The notes beneath the pieces are model-generated. The model ran no database searches and was not told where the DNA came from. It worked only from the letters and a program-made list of their open reading frames with translations. Below, piece by piece: positions 21,888-33,861 of a stretch of 64,000 bases of DNA. How positions within the stretch are numbered: the first letter of the stretch is position 1; every line of letters begins with the position of its first letter. The stretch is from Massalongia carnosa. Taxonomy: Eukaryota. The stretch covers positions 620,001 through 684,000 of the forward strand of contig OZ287079.1 in the NCBI GenBank assembly GCA_965645245.1, read 5' to 3'. A program made the translations under genes and the position numbers.

Positions 21888-24702
21888 TGAGCCGTATGAA
21901 AATATTTTTACGAGTTTAACATGATTTAATGGCGGTTCCAGGTAGTAATATAGTTGAACTTTTTGTGTAGCTCCTACAGATATGACATGCATTCGGAAAC
22001 CATTCGGAATTCATGTTCGTTTCTTTGAGTTCCTTTTCTTTACAACTCGGATAACTACTACACCCAGCGATGCAGAACCTTCGGGGTACTGCAAGGGCTT
22101 CATCGAGTTTGATGAAGCCCTTAACGGAGCGTTGGCAGATACAATCCCATTGAGGACTGAAGGCATTTCTCTCTTCCACTATGTGGTACGATCGCTTCGA
22201 TCGAAGGGGAGCCGTGCAAGAGAACGCCTCAAATACCAAGTCTTGCATCCGGCGTTATTTTCTTCCAAATCTCACAAGACATTTGAGGACTTTGTAGAAG
22301 CTTCCTCAGCCTACTATTTCCCTTTGAAAATTTTAGCTTGGCGTGGGCATTAGCACATATCTATCGTTGTATTCAAGTCTCTCTACTTTTGAACATAGTC
22401 CAAAATTCGTCGCCATTCCGCCCCATCCTCGTAAAGAAGCTTATTTCACCTAAATCATTGCCTGTTTACGGACGTGATCCAGGAAAGTACCTAGCGATGC
22501 GACGCGTCGAACCATCCGGCAGTCTTCAAAGGATTTCAATATCTCATTAGATGGCTAGCACCCTAGCATACTCGCTCGACATCTATCCCTACCAGTTTAA
22601 TGTCTTTCTGCCGCTAAATCCATCTCTGCTAAATCTCCATTTGTTTATCACAGCGCGTCCTCCTTTTCCAACGGCCTTCTTTTCCAACGCCCTTCCAGGA
22701 ACGGACGAACGACTAATCCATCATATAACATAATCACCAAAGCTCCTTGCTTGGTATTCCATCTAACAGATCAGCCGACCAGCCGTTTCGTTTCATTTCG
22801 TTTCCCATGCTTAGACATCCGTGTGTAGGAAGGCAGAAAAGGGGGGGGATCGTTTATTTTCCTTCGAAAGCTCATCATAAGAAAGAAGGGAGAGAAAGGA
22901 GACGCCCAGGTATTTCTTGTTCCCTACTCAATGTCCTTCCCTCTATCTCTCCTTGCCATCGCCTCGACTCTCTATCAAAATCCCCCATTCTCCGCATTTT
23001 CCGTCTCCCCCCCCCCTTTCGTCGCCTAGATCCTTGACTCCACCCCCCCCCCCCCCCCATTTCCAGCTTCCTCCCGTAACTCTATCTGGCCTGATTACCA
23101 AACCACCAACCTCTTCCTTAAAACTCCTCTTTTCCATCCAGATACGTACACGCGCGCGCAGCGGTGCTGAAACGATCGGTTCAGCGGCAAACCCGATTGA
23201 TGCACTTGGCTGCAGATGCGCTCCTTCTCCACCCAGCACACGCATCTGCGACCCCAGGCTCTTCCGACTACTAGTAGAGTGGTCAACGAGAGAAAGTACT
23301 TGGGGAGGAGGAAACCGAGCCCCCTTCCCTTGGGGGGGTGGAACTAACTAACTAACTAACCCGAAAATAGATAGCTACGTAAGGCTTAGCACGTTTGGCT
23401 GCGTCAATATCCGTAAAGTGCCTGCCAGGCAGCACCTGTTATGGGAGGCCTCCAGCATGACCCCGTTAGGACTCCCGTTTGTAACTGCTAAGATCAAGCC
23501 GGTAGATGGTCAAGTGCCTTCAATGACGGTTCATGCTAGTTGTTATGTTATACATCCCTAGTTGGTGATACGTGATTATGACATTCGTGATCACTCCCCA
23601 ATTAACTGGGTACTAAGTAAACCTAGGGAAGCAAATACCTCTGCGGAAGATGGGAGGGAGATAGGTCGTGAACGACGATGACGACGTCGTCGTCGTGGAA
23701 ATTTTAGATGGAGAGAAGACGGGAGAAGAAGAAGAAGGCAACTTCATTGGTTAAGAGTTTGGCTGGTTTGTGATGGAAAACTCAATAGTTGTTCCCCCAC
23801 CCCCCCTTTTGATCCAGTCGGATTTTTCTTCAAGGATCACTTACGAGCAACATGCATGGATTTCGTTCAAGCGAGTATGTAAGTAACTACAGGTGCGCTC
23901 TGTACAAAGATTACTTTAGGAATTAAAGCGGGGAAAGACCGTCCATATATGTACCGTATGTATCTAAGTTATAAGTACGTCGATCCTTCAAAGGCACTTT
24001 TGCTTGCAAAAGCGAAGAAGAAAAATAACGAATGAGGGAAACCTTTTTTGTGTGCGCGCGCCCTCAAGTACCTGCTCGAAATCCGCAACCAAGGTTTTTA
24101 CCCACATGTAGGCCACGTCGTCATGAGCCAAAGAAATGGGCTCTGTGTAACGAGGCAGTTTGCCGGTAGCGAAGCCGGAATTCATCCGACTCGTGGCTCC
24201 CTCCCAAACGTGCGCTCCCTTGAAAGCCTTCTAATGTGCGTCACCTCCCTCATGCAAGGTCCGCTCGAGATGTTGTGGGATCGCAGCCAGTCAAATGGTC
24301 TGCGCAGTTATAATTCCGTTCCAAAGCCGCGTGAGGCACATGCTCCCTGCAGATCGGAGACTGCAGCAGCTGCAGCTGGCCAGATACGGACGAGGGGGTC
24401 GTCATTGGCCGTGCTCGCCCACCGATACCTGCAGTACCCACTGGTGGGCCATGTTACTCCGGGGATGGAAAAGCGCCACGCATGCAAAGAGCTTTTATCT
24501 CCGGCTAAAACATCTCTAATTTCATGCATGATTAGCCCGGGACCCGGAATCGGGCTTGGGGGAAAGATCGTGTCAAAACATCACATGAAGGGAAAGATGG
24601 AAAACGAGAACGGATTTACTTACCGAGATATTGGCAAATCTAATGACCAGGCGATGAAGGTGGGCGACCACGATGATGAGGATGCCCGTATCCCAGTCAA
24701 GT

Positions 24703-24864
24703 TCACACTTTTCTGCTGCATGGTCTGCAAGTTTTCAAGCGACAGAGGGTGCATTCGAAGATGAACCAGTGGGGTCCCGAATGACACAAGCTGCAGCACC
24801 AAGTTAAGATGTTCGTGTCAGACTTGATGATGGCAAAAGAGTGCGCGCAGGCACGGGAGGCCAT
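24703..24864 (-). CDS. Putative 53-aa Cys/His-rich zinc-binding microprotein
   Basis: MASRACAHSFAIIKSDTNILTWCCSLCHSGPHWFIFECTLCRLKTCRPCSRKV; ATG in ttccATGGcc context; candidate 5'UTR intron 24934-25146. Confidence 0.6.
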   Translation of the reverse strand: MASRACAHSFAIIKSDTNILTWCCSLCHSGPHWFIFECTLCRLKTCRPCSRKV

Positions 24865-26900
24865 GGAACGGAGGGGTTTAGGGGATCGGCGAGGGCGGTA
24901 GGCGAGCCGTGCCAAATGACCGGGGGGGAGGGCCTGGGCGAGTAGCGTGGCTTGGTGGCGCGATTGAGCCGTCAGAGGTGGTCCGAGTTCGAGTTTCAAG
25001 GTCTGACCGGTTGCTGGTTTAAACTGGGAGTTGATCGATCTGACCCGTAGGGTTTGACCGTTAGTCATTGTCCTCGGGGATCGACCATGATAGACAGCAT
25101 GCTTGGTAGAATCAGGCGAGACGGGGCTAGAACAGGGCGAGCTTACCAGGAGCGGCAAAGGGTCACCAAATTGTGACTCGTCCTTCTTTTCGACCCGGAG
25201 AACCTTATGGTCAATGCGGCTTTAGTGGAAGGAGCGGGAAAGAGCCAACGGCGATGGTCAAATTCCGGGTTGAATGGCTGATGCGTGAATCGCTTCGAGC
25301 GTGCAGCAGGATGGCACCGGTGACGTGGTTGTGGTCGTGCTGCTGCTTCCTGGGGAAGTCCGACAGGGCGGGAGATGTGGGTGTTGTGGGTGTTGTGGGT
25401 GTTGTAGGCGTGGTAAGGGTGGTGGATTGGGGGAGAGGAATGGGGGCTGCGTTGATGGGATGACCCGAACAAACGCAAGGCGGCTTGACAGGAGCGAATG
25501 ACTGGACTGGTGGAATTGGTGAGATATCGGGACGGCAGAGCATGAAGGTGTGTTTGACGGTGAAGGGGTTGAGGGTAAGTGAAAGCATAACTCGAAAACC
25601 AAATGGACGGACTGAGCAGGTCAAATAATAACGTTACACGTCAAATAATAACAATACAACGTAGACCCCCCTCTCCTCATCCACGCTTGGGTATGAGGGC
25701 CCTAGGCCTTGGAAGAGTTCCATATCCAGTCCATTTCAGCTTATACACTCCTGGCCCGAACAGGGCTCTATGATATGGGGGGGAGGGGGGGGGGGGAGGG
25801 AAAGCCCCTTCCCTTCGCTTCAGCTTTAGGAAGTTGGCTTTGGTCTGGACGTTGAATGATCAGGCTTGATTGGGATGAGGACAGGATTACTTTGAGAGTT
25901 TTGAGAAGGGCGTTTTGGGGGCGTCTTAGGATTGGGATGGACATTGGGACGAGGGAGGGGGGAGGGGTTTAGGGAATAATACACTACGACTTTTGCTGAA
26001 GCCGATCTTGGTTACGGGTGGGTGGATGCTATCGTTTCTGTTTGGAGGCGTGGGCAACACGAGGGAGCAACGTGACTGCTGGGCACCGAGTTCTAGAAAA
26101 GCCATGAAGCCCAGGATTCCATAAACATTGATTCCGGTCACTCTCCCTATGCTCATCATCAACAACCAGAACGGGGCAGAGTAATATAAAACCCCCTTTC
26201 CCTCGAAGGAAGCAGGAAGCAGGAAGCATGGAGCCGGGAACCGGGCCGGGAACCGGGAGCCGGTTACGTATCCGGGACGAAAAGTAGGTGTTCATCTCGT
26301 TATTCTCCCAATTCTCACATAGATCGGCCTTATGGGAAAAAATCGTCGATGGATCTTATTTCACAGTGGGTTTCACCAGAGAACATCTACTCTATAAACG
26401 GCAAGCAGGACAAGCAGACAAGCAGACAAGCAAGCAAGCAAGCAAGCAAGCACAGCCAGCCACCCAGCCAGCCAGTCAGCCCTTGCGTAGTGGCAGCCAT
26501 TTACGCATCTTCAAATCAGCTTCGCTAGATACTGTTCCTCGTGTGTGTGTAACGGTGGATAAAGCAAATCAGAGATGTGTCTCGGCACATGGCCATCTCG
26601 CAGGAGGACCCTGCACGGCGCTATCGATGTCGCTTTCCTTGCAATGATGGTTCCATGGCTACGAACCTGTCATGGTGGACGGGTCAAACGGGGACCGGTT
26701 TGCTTGGATAGTGCCATTGGTCGTGTGGAGTGAGCGGGGAAATGAGAGTCGGTTAGCCTGTGGTTTGCAAAGTACTCACTCGGTACAGAAGAAGGCGAGT
26801 GGATCAATGAGGAATCGGTGAGTGGGGGGGGGGTGGGGGGGTGGGGGGGGGTGGGGGGCACGGTGAGCCATCAGTCAGATGATGACACCCTCATTCCCCA

Positions 26901-26988
26901 AGCCTAAAAGCCTGAGGCCTAAAGCCTGAAGCCTAAAGTCTAAAGCCCGAAGCCTAAAGCCTGAAGCATGAAGCCTGGAGACTAAGGC
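26901..26988. repeat. Degenerate heptamer array (GCCTRAA)n, about 12 units
   Basis: gcctaaa, gcctgag, gcctaaa, gcctgaa, gcctaaa, gtctaaa, gcccgaa... Confidence 0.85.
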
Positions 26989-29100
26989 GTAGGGGGTCAC
27001 ATTACGCCCTGTGACAGAAAACTCTCCGAGACGGTGGGTCTAGCGAGACTATGGCTGAGCCAACAGTATCGATTAAATTAAGCTGGCTGCGTCACACTGG
27101 ATGAATGGGCGGTCAACGGAGAGTGGTGAATGGTGAACAGTAATGGATGACAACATGGATGGAATGATTGGTAAAATCTTAGACGCCGAATCAGAATCAC
27201 GATGTGTAAAATCTTATCGGTAAGGGGAGAGAAAGAAGAGGAGGAACTCGTCAGTCGACCGGCATCAGAAAGGGCCTGTGCGGGAGTGGTCAATCGAAGG
27301 GGTTAGGAGGACTTCACCAATGCCGTCAACCTACCCGTCATTGAAGGCCTAGGTCTAGAGAATGTGCCTTGTGTGGAAAGGTGATGGTGGAGGAAGTTAT
27401 GGAGGGTTTGGAGGTGAACCGGTCGCTGCCGTTAGACCGTCGTTCATCCTGCTGTCGTGAACGGACCGTTGGAGTGAGTCGAACATGTAGACATCAGAGT
27501 AGTAGCCTCGCAAGGCTGCGGGCAATCATGAAAGGAGTCGATGAATGGGGGGGAATGGATGAATAGCTTGGCGTACTCGTCCGGGAAACGATAGCTTCGC
27601 CCCACTCTACCTAATAAAATTATTCCCTTTCATGACCGCAGGGTTTGGCACTCCTGATTCATGTTTCATGATTCGTGAGATCATGATTCCGTTCATGATT
27701 CCGTTCATGTTTTGATGATCCACCGCGGTCAACCGACATCCCTGTACTCCCTATCCCGAAACCGATATCGAAAGCGACAGGGATTCGAGAGTCCCTCCGA
27801 TTGTGCATGCTCATGTGAGATGTCCACGATCCGACTACTGCAGCGGAATCGAGGCTGATCATGGCTGACTGGACATAGGTTGACCTGGCACCAGCTCCTC
27901 GGAAAGTTTGCAGGCGAATAAAATGAACGGATCGATCGATACCTCATCGATGTTCTAAGTATATTCTCGTCACCCTCGCTCTCAACCAAAAACTCCATCC
28001 TATCATTCTAGCACCTCAGCTCGATCCAGTGCGAATTAACCCAACCGTCTTTGCCGTTTCGCAGGCATAGCCGAGACTCAACAGCAAACGATATGAACAT
28101 GACTTGACGGGATGGATGGAGTGGAGCGAAAAACGCTGATATAATTTGAGAGATTTCAAGCAAAATCCCTGCAGTGAGCCTGGTCGGCGCGTGACTGGCG
28201 TAACTACAGTGTCGGGACGGTGGCGCTTCTGATAGGCGAACGGAACGTTTCCACAGTGTCGTGATGTGGAGACTTATCCACTCAATGTTTTCAATGAGAG
28301 GTGTGGAAGGGTGGGGACGATAATTAGCTGCAATCGAATGGCACAAGCCAGCGTGAGATGGCTTGTGCCATCTTCATTGCTGGTTATATCTATACTTTTG
28401 GTGGGTGATTGTTCATCTTTGGAGAATAGGGGCAAGGGGTTCTCCAATGGATGGTCTTGCTTCCAGCTTCTGGAATGACGATAAACTAAACTTTTCTACA
28501 AATGGCAGACTCTCCCAAACCACCCATAAAAATAAGCACGGAACCGGGGTTCGTTAGTTCAGAACGGATCTTCCTTCCAATAGAGCGTTGGGAGGCCCAA
28601 GTGCCCTTTCCGTGGGTTGTTTTTCCAAAACCCAACCAACAAAGAAACAGGGAAAGGGAGGGGAGCCGAGTATCCGGCTAATTAGCTGGGTACCGAGGAG
28701 GTATTCTGAAAGATACTCGGTGTTACGGATACTCGGTACTATTCCAAGATCCCTTCGGTCCCTGCTTCTTGTCCGAATGCCAAATCCCAAGTACTTTAAA
28801 ATATTCGGAACAAGCCCCTTCCCAAGGGTTCCCCCTGCGTAAAGCTTTCCCTGGAAAACTCGAACCAGGCCTTGGGAAGCCATACGCCCATGAAAATGCA
28901 GAATGCACGCTTCCCTTCAGTTACCGATGACGGGACCCTTGTGTATCTCTTCAAGCCCACTTCGATGGCTCGTGGATCACAGCATAACTAGCCGTTAGTG
29001 AACGCTAAGGGGCCCGGAATGCCGAACCACTGAGGAAAGAGCCGTGTGAAGCAAATGAAATAAATCCCTTTGCTCTGTATTCGCCAATGAATTACAACAT

Positions 29101-29153
29101 GGATGTGGATGTGGATGTGGATGTGGATGTGGATGTGGATGTGGATGTGGATT
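29101..29153. repeat. (GGATGT)n microsatellite, about 9 units
   Basis: Perfect hexamer run. Confidence 0.95.
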
Positions 29154-30491
29154 CGATTCCGGCGGAAACTAAAGAAGGGCTCCGAAGATAGTAGCACTTT
29201 ACGAGCAGCGACTGCGCACCCGCACCAGCACCAGCACCAGCACTTGAGGTAGAAAGTCCGGCGCAAATCATGAGTCTACTTTGGGAACTCGAAAGCTACG
29301 TACGATTCCTGAGACACGAGCACTCTGTACGCAAATCCAATGAAGCATTCCTAACCCCCACCATCAAATTCCCAATCTCTGTACCGAGCAAACGCTAGTT
29401 GCCTCTACTCAAAGTCACGTTATCAACGCAAGAGGCGAGACATTACGCAAAACATAAACGCCAAAATGCGAAACGTGCGAACCCTGTGCGGCTTTCCACG
29501 GAGCACCGAGTACCGAGTACTCTGTACACATCCTACTCTGTACACATCCTTCATGCCTCCCTTCGTTCCCCCCCCTTCCCCAACCAGAACCAGGCTAAAC
29601 CTGATTTGAGTAATGCTTATAAGCCATGGCTGAGAAAGCCCCCGCCTCGGAAAAAGCTCGATCCGATCTGCCGAATACCGGCCGCGAAGGGACTGCAGCC
29701 AATGCGCACCCTCCGGGAAGCTATGGGGCAGCGACTCGGTATGGGGGCAGGTATTGATCAGGCCTTGGCAGTCGATATGCCGGGCACGAGCGCCAAAAAG
29801 AGTGGATCGCCGCACCAAACGATGGTGCTTGCAGGGCAGAGGGAGGCAGTCGGGTGGAGGAGAAACACATTCCCTAATCCTCTCGTAACTAATCACCTCC
29901 GTCCAAATACGGTGTCGAAGACTTGTTCCAACCAAATGCTCATAGCCCACGATGACAACAACGGTCTACGACTGGGGTTCCACTGGCCGGAACAGGACCC
30001 AACATTCTGACTTCACCGCAAATACCTTTGGTCATCCAAAACCATGGGTTGGGAACCTTGCGCCGTAACCACCTTGGTCTAATAGACATGCCTTTCGGAG
30101 TGAAGGAACCCAGTGGTCCAACCCGTTTGATTGTTCGTGTTGCCTATCAACCGCTATCTAAGGATCGCGAACCTTGCCCATGTACTCTGTAAGGGCCGTT
30201 CCTCGGCGTTTCACTCGTTCTTTAATCGGTTGGCGCTATGTCATTCAGGTTCAACTGCATGCAACATTAGCTCCGCCCCGCTGCGCAAGTCAGACACGCA
30301 TGTGTGCCACCCGGGCCCTAGGGATTGTGGATAATATGCTCTGAAACAGCTCGGGTTCCACCGTAGCTTCTTAACGCTTCACAAAGCACGCATGGGCCCT
30401 CCGTGCCACCTGTGACCTGTGCACGGATAAACGCAACGCATAGCCCACGAGTCGTCCACGAGCGCATCGGAAGAAAGCGCCTTGTGTAAAC

Positions 30492-33213
30492 CTAGGTATA
30501 TATGCTTTCCGTATACGCGTTCACCTGCAGGCCTTTCTCCGCCATTTCCGCGTCTTTGAGAAAGTCTAACGGCATCCAGACTAAGTGGCCCTTGATTTGG
30601 TCAAGTTTCTGCCTCACCTCCTCAGCTGGCATGAAACGATCGTGTAGGTGGCCCTGCTTGTACAGCTTGTGCCTTGGAACAAAGCTTTCGTAGTCATCAA
30701 ATGTTTTGACTGCAGCTGGTCAGCATGTTTGTGTCTTCATGCAAGGGGAAGCAACAGGGAGAGAGATGTTCCCTTACTGTTATCGTCCGGGTCAGCACGG
30801 AAGAGGTGCCGAAATAGATCGGTATTTCTTGTTGCGTTGCCCGTCCACATATCCCATACTTTCTCACTTAATGGATCTGCCACAAACTCATACTCAGGAC
30901 CTTCAATAACGTCGTTGGGGCATACATTGGGGGGTTGCGCATTGGGATCATCCTTTGGGTCTAGTGTTTGCGCTGGAAGAAGTCCAAGATGTTCACGCCA
31001 AAGCAATCGGCGAAGAGTCGCTGCATGATGTCCGGCTTTGTATGGCTCCCCATCCATGGTGCTATCGAGGGTATGGGAGTCCTCCATCACAATCGAGAGT
31101 TCACTATCATGGATGCCCATTTGGGACTGAGAACGTTAGCAATGCACAACAAGCCTTTAAAAGGTAACGTACTCTGTCATTGATGTTTGAGCTGCCACAT
31201 ATGACAATCTTGTCATCAATTATACATATCTTTGCATGAATGTACAGCTCTTCTTGGACAAAGTTCTCCTTTTCTTCCTCCAGATCCCCATCCCATTTTT
31301 GCTCCGACACTTTCCCTCCGTTGAGCATGGCCGTGGCCGCAACCGTATCATGGATTGTGGAGGTTTCCTGTTCAATCCCAGTTTCTCCACTCTGGGCCTC
31401 ATATTTTCGCTTTTGGTCAATCATTCTCTCTCTTTCTTCATCACCACTATCAACCTTCCTAGCGTTTTTATCGGTCGCACCATGCACACCTTGTCCCATT
31501 ATCTCCTCCGCCTCGGCGCGTTGAACCTCCTGATACTTTACGCCAGAATTTTCTTCCTGTTTCATGATGCCCTTGGTCTTATTAAGGCGATCGTAGGATC
31601 GAAGGTTGAATATGAACACATGATTTCTCGGATTTACCCCTTGGGACTCAATCTGCGCAAAAATGGAATGTTCCCCTCTGTGAATTGATTTGTACTGGTA
31701 ATCCATAATAGCACGAGTTCCCATTGCAGCATCGTCGCGCAAGTCGCCCGCAAAGCCAGGTATTGCGGGAATAAGGATGATGACACGAAATTTCCTGCCT
31801 TCCTTGCCAGCTTTAACGCAAGCATCTACAATGGCCCTCCCGACGGTATTGTGAACTGGCGCTTGGTGGTCCCCAGTGGCCGTAATGAAAAACTGGTTTT
31901 CAATGTAAACATAATGCTGAGCGTTTCTGATCATCTCACAGTAGGCATTTTGAATGCTATGTTCGACCAAGATACCACTACTCCAGTCACAGCTGCTCCT
32001 TATTACCTGAGCATGGACTGTTCCTGGAGATTCGTTCGCCCATGATCTGTTTTCAAGCGGCGTTAAGGGATGACGTACATATTGGCCTACCGGGTATTTT
32101 GGGCGTTGTACAGCCACCAAGTCCTCCAAGTTTCCCTCACGGCCTTGAAGTATCAGCCAGTCAACACCTGCCGTGCGCTTGTACTTGTCACGCTTCACAA
32201 AGTTCCATCGTAACACAAAGTGCTCGGCAATATCATATACACAATCACCAATGACTCCCATAGCCACATCATGCCAAGGCATACGTCCGTAGTCCGCTTT
32301 ACTGAGTTCGTTGGACTTCCAGTCATCGACGGTCTTGAAATCCATGATGCGATTATTATTGAAATCCTGGCCGGGAAACATTTCGTGCTTTACACCTGCA
32401 GGATGTATGTCTGCTAACGGGTGTTGTCGATTGTCCCATCTTCCAAAGCATAGATCTAGGCCACCGATGAATGCCAAGGCAAAGTCAACTACAATGAACT
32501 TCTCGTGATGGGCCCAATAAAACGTCATATCTCCGGCATTTTCAAAAACGTTATGGTCGGGATGTCGAAGCACGGAGATATTACCATGTCCGGGAGTTCC
32601 AGGCGGACACAAGCCATGCAGCGCATGCTTCGTATGGGCACTGTTGCAGCTAATAGCCTGCGCGATTTCTTTGTATATGATAATATAGATCTTGACCCCA
32701 GCTTCAGCCCTTCGCTTCAGCACTTGATCCAATCTCCATTCCTGATTGAAATATGGGGGCCTCCGTAAGAAGAGTTCCGGGCTCAGCCACCAATCCTCAA
32801 TATAAATAGTTTCCTTTGCATTTTCCAAAGCGACCGAGACCGCCCAGAAGTAGTCTTGCCCGTCGACGTACCACTTGATCTTGTTGCCATCTCTTTCTGG
32901 TGCAAAAGACCTAAATCGGTGGCTCTCAGCAATGCGCGTGCGTTTCTCATCCGTCAACTTCTCGTGCTCTTCATCATGACGATGATTGGGGTTCACTAGA
33001 TTCTTAAACTTGCCCACCTTACTTTTGAAGTGGACGGCGGCTACTTTGGCGTCATAAAGGTGGGTCCCTGAAATGTAGATAGACGTCAGCATGAAGTAGA
33101 GTAGCGCGCGTGTGCGAGATTACATCACCCTTTAATTGGTCACGTAGCTCAGGGAAGGGGTGCTTCAATTTCTCCGACAACGATTGATGATCCTTAGCGT
33201 GGGAGGAAGTCAT
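30492..33213 (-). CDS. Phospholipase D (short form, no PX/PH N-terminus apparent)
   Basis: Two HKD motifs (HHEKFIVVD, IHAKICIIDD), DWWLSPE, IENQFF, RMPWHD; ends VNAYTESIYT*; several introns. Confidence 0.93.
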
Positions 33214-33861
33214 TTCTACGCCTCCAAAAAATAACTAATGTGTTCGTTCTGTATCTAGATCGATTGGGCAAAGTAGAGTGAGACTATAATGCGGGAGACG
33301 CATAAGATGATGGTGCTCTAGTGTGATCAGGAGCTTTGGGGGGGGAAGAAAGGAAGCGGGGGTTGCTGACGAGGTAGTGAGGAAGTTGCGAATGAGCCCG
33401 TAATTCACGTGCGAACATATGAAGGAAACGCTGCGAATGCGTATAGAGATGCAACGGTCCGTTGACTCCTTTAAAGCAAGTACGTCAACGTGACTTGAAC
33501 AGGAAGTATATCGTCCTAGAGAGCCTTTTTGCGCTTAGGGTGGGTTTCCCTCCTCACGCGACCGCTTTCAAAAGGATCTCTACTGTTCCAATGCCGCTAC
33601 TGTACCAATGCCGAATCTAAAGCCAACGGCCTTTGGACATTTGGATCACATTTTAGGTGATTTAACTCTCCATCTATTGTACAAGTATTCGCCCATTATA
33701 ACCTCCACCCTCCTTAGCTATGCCTTTTTGCAGCTGGGGATGCGCTGTATTTCCCAATCACCTTGCTTGTAGATTACGAATCGGCAACGCTAATATTGCA
33801 ACAAGCCACAGGGGCCTCTTAATAATCATGAGGTGGCTAAAATAAAAGAAACTTAAATATC

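Noticed and set aside
22093..22122. 12 bp inverted repeat downstream of PRS1
   Set aside because: Isolated short hairpin with no TSD or second copy; not distinguishable from chance.
24048..24764. 238-aa plus-strand ORF
   Set aside because: Non-ATG start, no motifs, antisense to the better-supported microprotein.
29399..30010. 203-aa and 175-aa overlapping ORFs
   Set aside because: Non-ATG starts, no domain features; likely chance ORFs in non-coding DNA.
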